IMG/VR virus record: IMGVR_UViG_3300046472_000374
From: a virus
Direction: 5' to 3' (one strand)
Length of the DNA stretch: 64,000 bases
Made by a program: the position numbers and the translations under genes. Below, piece after piece: positions 1 through 7,961 of the stretch (within the stretch, counting starts at the first letter, position 1; each line of letters starts with the position of its first letter). Below the pieces are notes generated by a model. The model searched no databases and was not told the DNA's origin. It worked only from the letters and a program-made list of their open reading frames with translations.

Positions 1-2773
1 CGTTGATGACCGGCAGCTTCTGCGTCAGGATGTCGTACGCGATCCCGTCCTTGCCCATGGCCGAAATGAAGTGTTCGAAGGCCGTGCAACGGTCCTTGAC
101 GTCCTGCAGGATCGAGAGCTCGGCTTCCAGCTTCGCCAGGATGGTCTCCTGGCCGCCACGCTCGTGGTTCAGCTCGTTGAGCCGACCCTGCATCTTGGAG
201 CCGGACCGTTCCTCCGCCTCCTTCTCTTCGACCAGCTGCCCGATCTGTTCCTCCAGCTCCTGGTTCCGGAGGAGAGAGGCCTGCGCCTCCGCTGCCCGGT
301 CGATCTCCGCCTGGGCGTTCACCTTCTTGGCCTCGAAGTCCTTGACCTTCAGGCTCAGGTTCTCCAGCTCCAGCTTCCCGTTCTTCTGTTCGGCCAGCAA
401 CATGGCCCGACGCTGGATCTTGCTGAGCTCCTCGGTGTATTGCTTCGAGAGCGGCTCTACCTTCTTGTGCTCTTCCCGGAGGGCGGCCTCTTCCACCCGT
501 ATCTCGGCGAGGTCCTCTTCCCACGAGGGGATCTTCTTCTGGGAGTTGAAGGCGTCCACCAGGAACTTGCACTCCGGGAACTGGTCCCCGCACGGGACTT
601 CCTTCAGGAGCGGGAGCTTCTTCTTGTGGAGCTGGAGGGTCTGCTCTGCCTTCTCACGTCGGCTCACGACCGGCTGCAGCTCGTTCCTGATGTCCAAGTA
701 GCGGTCCGAGGCCGCCTTGAGCTCCGCCAGGTTCGTGACCTCCACGATCTTGGACAGTCTGGTCTCGTAGTCCAGCAGCTCGGCCTGCTTGGCCGAGATC
801 TTCTCGCGGAGCAGCACCAGGCTCCCGTTGGCCGCCTTGATCTTGGCCTGCGCCTGCGCGAGCGTCTCTGGGTGTAGGTCCACCTTCACCTTTTGGGAAC
901 TGAGAGACACTACCTGGTCGTTCAGGGCCTTCTGCTGAGCCTTGGACTTCTCCATCTCCAGTTCCAGCAAGGTGATCTCACCAGAAATGGTGGCCGCCCG
1001 GGAACGGTACTTGGCGACGTGCTCCTGCACCCCGGAGTCTTCCAGGTTGCCGAGCTTGGTGTACCACTCACGGGAGTCGTCCTTCGCCTTGAGACCCTTC
1101 AGCTCGAAGATGTCCAGGTCGAGGAACTTGTAGAGGATCTTCTTCCGGTCCGTCTCCTTGCAGTTGATGATGTCCATCGTGTTGACCTGCGAGGTCAGGC
1201 TGGTCAACATGAAGTCGTCATAGTTTCCGAGACGCTGGCGGATGTTCCGCTCCGTTCCCGGACGCAGGTCGGCGTTCAGGGACTCCTTCACGCCCTGTGG
1301 ATCGGTGACGTAGAAGTCGCAGGACGTCTTGCCCCACTCCTTCTCGTCCCCGTTGAACTTCATCTTACCGTACTTGACGCGGTCGATCTTCCGCTCGATG
1401 CTGTAGTTCTTGTCCTCCGCCGTGATGTCGGCAACCATGGACGCCACGTCCTTGTTGTCATTGATCATGTGGAGGTTCTTCGAGACGTTCTTCGTGACCT
1501 TGTCGTACAATGCCTCCATGATGACGTCGATGAAGGAGGACTTGCCCTTGCTGTTCTCGGCGAAGATGCCCGTCAGGCCCTTGATGTTGTTGAAGTCCAC
1601 GACGTTGTTCTCGCCGTAATTGAACATGTTGGACCAGAGGATCGCGTTGAGTCGCCAGGAGATGTTCCGAGCGCACTCGTCCTCCTGCTCGAAGCTCACC
1701 TGGTACTTCCGGTTGAGCTCCAGGCAGAGCTCTATGTGCTTTTCGCCGATCCCATGGCGCTTCAGCCAGTCCCTCAGGAGCCGTTCCTGGACCGCAAGCT
1801 GACGGAGGTTCTCCGTCCCGATCATCTTCTTGCCGACTTTCGTCTGGTCCATGGCCACATGGCCAGCTGAAAGGGTGATGACGTCGTGCGGGTTGTACCG
1901 CTTCCGGACCTGGCGCTCGATCTCCTTCTGTTCCACCAGGGTGAGCTGGCGGGGAGGGCTGACTCGGATCCTAGCGTTGGCCTCCAGCTCGATCTCGGGG
2001 AGCTTCAGCTCCTCGTCGAGCTTGACCGTGTAGAACTTCCTGGCTCCGGACAGGAAGACCGGGAAGGTCTTGTGGTTGTCCTTGTCCTCGATGTCCCAGA
2101 CCAGGAAACCCTTGTTGATGTCCTCACCGAAGTTCTGCTGGATGAGAGAGCCGGCGTAGCCAACCCGCTTCTCCTGGTCCATGAACTGCTGCTTGTGGAT
2201 GTCTCCCATGAGCACGTAGTCCAGACCCTCGAAGATCGAGAGGTCGTGTTCCGTGTGGGTCATCCGCCAGTTCGAGTCCGTGAGACAGCGAGCGATCGAC
2301 CCGTGGAACAGGCCGATGTTCGTGCGCTCCTTATACTTGGCCCACTGCTCGGGGGTCGGGTAGTTCTCTGAGTCACCGATGCCGAAGACCCAGAAGTTGA
2401 ATGGGTCGTCCTCGTGCTTTAGCTGGACCTCGACGAGTCCGCTCTTCTTGTGGAGGTGGACGCGTTCGTCTCCGATGGAGTCCACGATCGGGGTGATCGC
2501 GTCCTGCCGGTCGGAGTTCATGAGGTTGAGGTCATGGTTGCCGAGGATGATGTGGTACGGCGCAATCTCGATGACCTTTCGGATGTGCTCCGAGGTCATC
2601 TCTACGAACTCCGGTGAGATCTGTGTCTTGGTGTGGGCAGTGTCTCCTGTGTTCACCACCAGGTCGGGCTTGAGTTCTTCGAGCTTCTTGTACAGGTTGT
2701 CGAACACACGACGGTAGTCCTGGTGGAACTTCAGGTTCCGGATGTGGACGTCGCTGATGTGGGCGATTCTCAA
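1..2773 (-). CDS. Fused SbcD/Mre11 nuclease - SbcC/Rad50 ATPase (gp47-gp46-like), 3' end runs off window
   Basis: TTG start at 2773 overlaps the primase TGA. Manual translation gives phosphoesterase motifs (IAHISDVHI, VNTGD, ILGNHD, LFHG, MGDIH, YAGS), then with no stop from 2773 to ~1500 the Rad50-type N-terminus (WRLNAILWSNMFNYGENNVVDF...GIFAENSKGKSS) and a coiled coil. Absent from the ORF track, consistent with no stop inside the window. Confidence 0.9.
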   Translation of the reverse strand, partial: MRIAHISDVHIRNLKFHQDYRRVFDNLYKKLEELKPDLVVNTGDTAHTKTQISPEFVEMTSEHIRKVIEIAPYHIILGNHDLNLMNSDRQDAITPIVDSIGDERVHLHKKSGLVEVQLKHEDDPFNFWVFGIGDSENYPTPEQWAKYKERTNIGLFHGSIARCLTDSNWRMTHTEHDLSIFEGLDYVLMGDIHKQQFMDQEKRVGYAGSLIQQNFGEDINKGFLVWDIEDKDNHKTFPVFLSGARKFYTVKLDEELKLPEIELEANARIRVSPPRQLTLVEQKEIERQVRKRYNPHDVITLSAGHVAMDQTKVGKKMIGTENLRQLAVQERLLRDWLKRHGIGEKHIELCLELNRKYQVSFEQEDECARNISWRLNAILWSNMFNYGENNVVDFNNIKGLTGIFAENSKGKSSFIDVIMEALYDKVTKNVSKNLHMINDNKDVASMVADITAEDKNYSIERKIDRVKYGKMKFNGDEKEWGKTSCDFYVTDPQGVKESLNADLRPGTERNIRQRLGNYDDFMLTSLTSQVNTMDIINCKETDRKKILYKFLDLDIFELKGLKAKDDSREWYTKLGNLEDSGVQEHVAKYRSRAATISGEITLLELEMEKSKAQQKALNDQVVSLSSQKVKVDLHPETLAQAQAKIKAANGSLVLLREKISAKQAELLDYETRLSKIVEVTNLAELKAASDRYLDIRNELQPVVSRREKAEQTLQLHKKKLPLLKEVPCGDQFPECKFLVDAFNSQKKIPSWEEDLAEIRVEEAALREEHKKVEPLSKQYTEELSKIQRRAMLLAEQKNGKLELENLSLKVKDFEAKKVNAQAEIDRAAEAQASLLRNQELEEQIGQLVEEKEAEERSGSKMQGRLNELNHERGGQETILAKLEAELSILQDVKDRCTAFEHFISAMGKDGIAYDILTQKLPVIN

Positions 2774-3735
2774 GCCATCACCCTCATCTTCAGGATATCG
2801 AGCTCATTCCTGACGAGCATGGCGGACTTCTTCCGCTCTTGAAATTCTGTCTTGGTCATGGCTCCAAGGTCCTTCTTCCCTCGGGTGCTGATGTAGCGGC
2901 ACCCGATTCCGTATGAGAGGAAAAGTTCTATGTACTGCAGCTGACGCTTGAAGGCGTCCGCGTCCATGGCAAAATAGACGTCCACCCCGCTGAGGACGAT
3001 CTTCCGGACGAGCGACTCCGGCAAGATGGTTCCCTGGAGGATCGTCGCGTTGTCAGATGCGACGAAGGCGTCGAACGGACCTTCAGTGACGACAACAGGT
3101 TGGGTCCAGTCGACTAGGTAGTCGTTCCAAACGATGTCCTTGCACTGGTGCATCGGATACGGCTTGTAGCGATAGGGCTCATGGTCATAGAATGTCCGGC
3201 CCACGCAGAAGTTCAGCTCGCCGTACTCGTCGAAGCTTGGGATGATGATGCGTCCCGCCATTTCCCCATTCTCACAGTAGCCCAGCTTCCACCGGAGCAC
3301 GTCGGAGAGGTCCAGGCCCCTCCGCCCCATGTAGGCCATGGCCTGCTTGTAGTAGGGGCTTCTGGAGGTCACTGAGAGGGACTTGAACTCCGGTGGGAGA
3401 GCCGGAGGGTCGTACACCTTCTCCGGTACGTCGATGACCATACACCGGCGAGAACCGACGCGGGTGTCCTCCATCTCCTCGAGATATTCCTGGGAGGCCT
3501 TGGTCTTGCCACGGACCGTGAGGAGCCGATAGATGTTCCGGCCCTTGAACCCGCAGCTCCAGCAATTGAACCAGTCTGTCTTCAGGTTCACACTGAGCTG
3601 GCCCATCGGCCTATTTCGCGGATTCCCGTGTCCGATCGGAGGATCCGGACAGAAGAATACCACCTCGTCGCCCTTGACCTCTCCCTCTTGACGGAGGGCG
3701 GTCCTCAGGGCGGCGAGCTTAACTTCTTGGCGCAT
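2770..3735 (-). CDS. DNA primase (Zn finger + TOPRIM)
   Basis: FFCP...H and FNCWSCG zinc-binding motifs; GRIIIP..D..G....VGR; VVVTEGPFDA and FAMDAD TOPRIM motifs. Start placed at MRQEV (3735) rather than 3825. Confidence 0.85.
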   Translation of the reverse strand: MRQEVKLAALRTALRQEGEVKGDEVVFFCPDPPIGHGNPRNRPMGQLSVNLKTDWFNCWSCGFKGRNIYRLLTVRGKTKASQEYLEEMEDTRVGSRRCMVIDVPEKVYDPPALPPEFKSLSVTSRSPYYKQAMAYMGRRGLDLSDVLRWKLGYCENGEMAGRIIIPSFDEYGELNFCVGRTFYDHEPYRYKPYPMHQCKDIVWNDYLVDWTQPVVVTEGPFDAFVASDNATILQGTILPESLVRKIVLSGVDVYFAMDADAFKRQLQYIELFLSYGIGCRYISTRGKKDLGAMTKTEFQERKKSAMLVRNELDILKMRVMA

Positions 3736-4306
3736 GCTGACAGAATTTCTTCCTGAGCAGGTAGCCCGCTCTAGCAGTAATGTAGGCGTCTGCCATATCA
3801 TAGCAATATGGCTGGGGATTGTCATTCCGGTTCAGTTCGATGGGGAAGTCCTTCTCGTGAGCCCGCACCCAGTTCAGGGTGAGCTCCTTCTTGTCCCCGC
3901 CCTTGGGGATGATCAGTCCCTGGGTCTTCATGTTCGCCTTGACGGTCGACGGGTGGATCGCGCCGATGTGACCAACCCCCCGCCACTGGCACCAGATCAT
4001 CCAGCACACCATGGCGTTGAACGCGGCCAGGCGCATGATGGTTCCGGCGTTCGATCCCCCGCCAGAGAAACCGGCGAGCTTGTCTTCCACGAAGTGGCAG
4101 TCGCCCTCCGGGTCCGAGTACTTGTCGAACATCTCCTCGACGAACTCTCGCACCCGATCCGCCTTGTAGTTCAGGACCGAGGCCTTGTCGTCGAACACGT
4201 CGTCCGCCTTGCGGAGGTCGCAGTGATGAGACGAGACCCACTTCCCCGCGTTGGTGAACGCGGAGAATCCGACGATAGCCGTAGACACATCCCACCCGTA
4301 TATCAC
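3719..4306 (-). CDS. RuvC-like Holliday junction resolvase
   Basis: IYGWDVS, FVED, HPSTVK, KKE and DMADA match the RNase H-fold RuvC acidic-residue layout; next to primase. Confidence 0.7.
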   Translation of the reverse strand: MIYGWDVSTAIVGFSAFTNAGKWVSSHHCDLRKADDVFDDKASVLNYKADRVREFVEEMFDKYSDPEGDCHFVEDKLAGFSGGGSNAGTIMRLAAFNAMVCWMIWCQWRGVGHIGAIHPSTVKANMKTQGLIIPKGGDKKELTLNWVRAHEKDFPIELNRNDNPQPYCYDMADAYITARAGYLLRKKFCQHAPRS

Positions 4307-4310
4307 GGGA

Positions 4311-4317
4311 TAAATAG
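4311..4317 (-). promoter_or_regulatory. Putative late-promoter motif CTATTTA upstream of resolvase
   Basis: Coding-strand CTATTTAT 3 nt before the GTG start; the same heptamer recurs before other genes. Confidence 0.5.
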
Positions 4318-4331
4318 TGTTCTCTGTTGGT

Positions 4332-6161
4332 CTAAAAGTCCATACGTAGGCGAATGAGGAGCTTGTCCTTTTCGCGCTTACGGATGGGAGAGGCGAGCTT
4401 GGCGACGGCGACGAGCTTGTGGTCCTCGTTGTAGATTCCGACCGCGGAGATCCAGGTGGTCGGAGGAGAGTTCTTCACCATGTGCTTGTTGTAAAACTGG
4501 CTCTTCGGGTCCATGTTGAGAGAGCTGAACGTCGGGTTGTTGGACCCGTTCGCCTTGCCCGCTCCGATCCTGCACTGGAAGACCTTGGTGGTCAGCTTCT
4601 CCTGGCCGGAGAACGCGATCTGGAGGGTGTCCGGGAACGCGAGGCTGGCGTCTCGACCGATGGCTCCGAAGTCGAAGAAGCTGGGGTCCGTGATGACGAT
4701 CAGGCCCTCGTTGTAGAACACGTTGCCGACCTTGTTCCACCTCAGGCCGGTGAAGTTCTCTCCAGAGACCTGCCGGGTCATAGAGCCGGAGACGTACAGG
4801 CGACCATGCCCGTCGTCCTGGACCACGCGCTGGATGCCCTTGTTCATGTAGGCGTTGCAGACCATGTACACCGAACCGGTGGCGATCTGTCTGCCGTAGA
4901 ACATGGACGGGACGTGGACGATCCTGAAGAAGTCCACCTCGTCATCGATTCTGGTCAGGGTCCCGATGGAGTTGGGATTGTCCACCGGCTGCCAGGTCGG
5001 TGAGACCGGGAGGGCGATGTTGAAGTTGTGGAAGTCCCCATGCAACGGGCTGGCTCCGAACCCGTAGTCGAAGGCGCCCGATCCCTGGACGTACGGGTGG
5101 GCGTGCCCCTGCGGTCCGTCGTTGAACCTGGCGTAGTGGACGAAGGTCGGATCCGAACCGGAGGTGAGGTTCACCTGGTTCCAGGTCCCAGAGACCTGCG
5201 CCTGGGTCAGGGCCCGGCTCCAGATCCTCGAGTCGTAGATGTACCCGAAGTAGGAGTTGAACGGGAAGAGGGTCGAGGCCGTGAAGGAGGATGTCCCCAC
5301 GCCGGTGACCGACGAGCTGGTGATCAGCTCAGACCCCACCACGAGGAACCCCGATGCTGTCAGAGGAACCGCGAGCGTACCCGTATAGGCGTACGTACCC
5401 GCGCTACCGGTGTTGATGTAGAAGGACGCCGAGGACCCGTTGGCCACGAACAGGCAGTCTGCCCATACGCCACGTTGAAGCGCCACGGAGGAGGTCAGGA
5501 TGGTCGCCCCGTCCGAGAAGGCCAGCTGGCCGGTGGAGCCGGTGATGTAGAACTTGAAGCGTCCCTTCTGGGACTGGAGGACAAAGTCGTTGCTGCCGGT
5601 CACGTGCATCGGCTTCGCCTGGACCTCCAGGGTGAAGCTTGAGCTGACCGTCGGCAGGAGGCTGCCGGAGAACGTGACGAACGATCCTGTGCGGGGAAGG
5701 GTCTGCCAGAAGAACAACGAGTAGAAGTCGTAGGACCCCGTGAAGTACTGGCTGTTGACCCGCGAGTAGTAGTCGAAGAGTCCGACGACCGGGTTGAAGT
5801 GCTCTTGGTACCAGTCGTCGCTGGTGATCAGGAAGTCTGCCGCGCCAGCGACCCCTCCGACGTCCGTGTTGCGGGCCTTGACGAAGTGGACGGAGCCGGT
5901 GGACGGGTAGCTGCCGGAGACGAAGATGACCTTGTCGATCGAGTTGGTGTCGACCGGGTCGAGGGGGTAGAGGTTGATGCCGGAGGGAGCGCCGTTGTAG
6001 ACGTCAGTACGGGCGCGCACGCCTTCGTACAGGCTCAGTGAGCTGGACGGTCCGATGTTGCCGTGCCAGCCCGCCGAGCCCGAAGCAAGGACGATCCTGG
6101 GGGTGGTTGTTACGACCGCCCAAAGGATGTCCTTCTCTTCGAACTTGAAGTAGACGCTCAC
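4332..6161 (-). CDS. Putative baseplate/virion protein with LamG domain
   Basis: LamG-like core (GYIYDSRIWSRALTQAQV); C-terminus TWISAVGIYNEDHKLVAVAKLASPIRK paralogous to the next gene; 12 [ST]GS motifs. Confidence 0.6.
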   Translation of the reverse strand: MSVYFKFEEKDILWAVVTTTPRIVLASGSAGWHGNIGPSSSLSLYEGVRARTDVYNGAPSGINLYPLDPVDTNSIDKVIFVSGSYPSTGSVHFVKARNTDVGGVAGAADFLITSDDWYQEHFNPVVGLFDYYSRVNSQYFTGSYDFYSLFFWQTLPRTGSFVTFSGSLLPTVSSSFTLEVQAKPMHVTGSNDFVLQSQKGRFKFYITGSTGQLAFSDGATILTSSVALQRGVWADCLFVANGSSASFYINTGSAGTYAYTGTLAVPLTASGFLVVGSELITSSSVTGVGTSSFTASTLFPFNSYFGYIYDSRIWSRALTQAQVSGTWNQVNLTSGSDPTFVHYARFNDGPQGHAHPYVQGSGAFDYGFGASPLHGDFHNFNIALPVSPTWQPVDNPNSIGTLTRIDDEVDFFRIVHVPSMFYGRQIATGSVYMVCNAYMNKGIQRVVQDDGHGRLYVSGSMTRQVSGENFTGLRWNKVGNVFYNEGLIVITDPSFFDFGAIGRDASLAFPDTLQIAFSGQEKLTTKVFQCRIGAGKANGSNNPTFSSLNMDPKSQFYNKHMVKNSPPTTWISAVGIYNEDHKLVAVAKLASPIRKREKDKLLIRLRMDF

Positions 6162-6179
6162 CCGGGAGCCCTCCCGGGC

Positions 6180-7175
6180 TTAATAGTCCAGCCGGATGCG
6201 GAAGATGCCCTCGTTGTCCGGGGACTTCGTGATGGGCTTGTTGACCTTCGCCGCCGCCAGCAGGTTGTCGTTCGAGTCGTACAGACCGATCGTCGTGATG
6301 TACGTCCTGGTCTGCAGGATGTTCGAACCCGACGTGACTCGGATACGCTGGTTGTCGTCCACGAAGGTGGGGTTGGAGGAGTAGTTGAACTCCGTGTTCT
6401 CTGCGCGGCAGAAGTACGCCGTGCTGAACAGGTTGGTCTGGTTGTGGAAGTTGATCTTGTCGATCACCTTGCGGAACCCGTCGACCAGCTGGTTGATCGA
6501 GGACGACGCCTCGGCCTGGTTCAGGTTGACGGTGCCGGACCACGTCTGCGACGCCGGGTAGGTGCCGTCCGGGATGATGATGACGCCGGCGTTGTACCAC
6601 ACCTGGCCGACTTCGGAGCCGGTGGCGTTGTACTTCAGCGGGGCGTAGTCTCCGCCCGGTCCCTGCTTGAAGCTGGTGGCCGCGCCGTCGTCCGAGCCGG
6701 AGAACTGTCCGGGGACGGCGGTCGTGTTGAACACCAGCGAGGTCGCGCCCTTCTTGATCTCGTCCTTCGAGATGTTGCGCTTCACCATGATGAAGAAGCA
6801 CTCGGGCTGGGTCGTGTTGTTGATGACGAACTGCGCGTTCGGATCACCGAGCAGCGTGCTGGCCATCATGCGGTAGATCTTGATCTTCTCGTTCTGGGAC
6901 GAAGAGACCGTGACCGGCAAGTTGAACAGCGAGCTGGTGTGGTAGCCGTACGTGAAGTCCATCAGGGCGGTGGACAGCGACGAGGTCGGGCTGGAGTCGT
7001 AGACCGACTCCCAGTACCCGCCGAGGTCTGTTCCCGCCGAGGCGGACGCGATGTTCGTGAAGAACTTCACGTTTAGGTCGTTGGCATAGATCGACGACGA
7101 GACCGAGACCACCTCGTTGATTGCCGAGATGACGGAGGCGACGTCGTGTGCCAGATCGAATGTCTTAAAGCTCAC
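6180..7175 (-). CDS. Putative baseplate/virion structural protein
   Basis: C-terminus YITTIGLYDSNDNLLAAAKVNKPITK..RIRLDY resembles the C-terminal half of tail-collar/baseplate domains; structural context. Confidence 0.55.
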   Translation of the reverse strand: MSFKTFDLAHDVASVISAINEVVSVSSSIYANDLNVKFFTNIASASAGTDLGGYWESVYDSSPTSSLSTALMDFTYGYHTSSLFNLPVTVSSSQNEKIKIYRMMASTLLGDPNAQFVINNTTQPECFFIMVKRNISKDEIKKGATSLVFNTTAVPGQFSGSDDGAATSFKQGPGGDYAPLKYNATGSEVGQVWYNAGVIIIPDGTYPASQTWSGTVNLNQAEASSSINQLVDGFRKVIDKINFHNQTNLFSTAYFCRAENTEFNYSSNPTFVDDNQRIRVTSGSNILQTRTYITTIGLYDSNDNLLAAAKVNKPITKSPDNEGIFRIRLDY

Positions 7176-7187
7176 TGGGTCTTCTCC

Positions 7188-7904
7188 TTACGAAGTCGCG
7201 AACTCGACCACCGAGACCGGGACTCGGACCGAGAGGCCCGACTGCTGTCCGGTGACGACGACCGTGGTGTTGATGGTTCGGGGCTTCGCGACCTGGGCGC
7301 CGACCATCGTGTCGAAGATCTCGGTGGTCAGAGTCTGGACACGGAGGTTGAACGTGCACTGGGTGCCGCCGGCGGCGGTCTGGATCCCCGAGTCGGCCGG
7401 AACGATGTACTTCGCCGTGCCGAAGGGAGTGATCGAGACCGGGATCTGGTCGGAGACGAAGATGATGTCGTTGTCCAGCTCCACGGAGTAGTTCACGTCC
7501 ACGATCTCGGCCGGGAGGATCGTCTGGCTTCGGGCGATCTGCTGACTGACGATGACCGAGACGCCACCGCCGACCGAGTCCGTCTGCTCCTTGAGGGTGA
7601 CGGAAGACGGCTTCGACTGCATCTCGGGGAGGTACTGGAGCCGGGCGTTCCGGATGGTCACCAGCGGGTACTTCAGAGCGAAGTTCTCGTTGGTGAATGC
7701 CTCGAAGACGGGGGTGTCCAAGATCTTACGATCCTTGGAATCCGAGCCGGTCAGCTCGTTCCAGAAGCGGTAGTCGATCTCGTCATCTCCGCACCTCCAA
7801 CGCACGATCGCGAAGCTGCCGTCGTTTCGGGCAAGCTTCTCTCGACCGAGGTCTGTGAGGACCGCGTCGATGAAGATCTCTCCACTGTTGTCCTGAAATC
7901 CCAT
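7188..7904 (-). CDS. Putative baseplate/tail-collar protein
   Basis: N-terminus DAVLTDLGREKLARNDGSF....DDEIDY is paralogous to 16114-16800 and resembles the P2 gpH-type N-terminus; AGGAGA SD. Confidence 0.55.
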   Translation of the reverse strand: MGFQDNSGEIFIDAVLTDLGREKLARNDGSFAIVRWRCGDDEIDYRFWNELTGSDSKDRKILDTPVFEAFTNENFALKYPLVTIRNARLQYLPEMQSKPSSVTLKEQTDSVGGGVSVIVSQQIARSQTILPAEIVDVNYSVELDNDIIFVSDQIPVSITPFGTAKYIVPADSGIQTAAGGTQCTFNLRVQTLTTEIFDTMVGAQVAKPRTINTTVVVTGQQSGLSVRVPVSVVEFATS

Positions 7905-7918
7905 CTCTTTTTCTCCTA

Positions 7919-7947
7919 GGGCTGAGATTAAGTATTCTTCTCAGCCC
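7919..7947. promoter_or_regulatory. Perfect 9-bp inverted repeat with AT-rich loop
   Basis: GGGCTGAGA-TTAAGTATTCT-TCTCAGCCC in the 57-nt intergenic gap; no U-tract follows on either strand. Confidence 0.55.
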
Positions 7948-7961
7948 AAAATCGACTAAGA

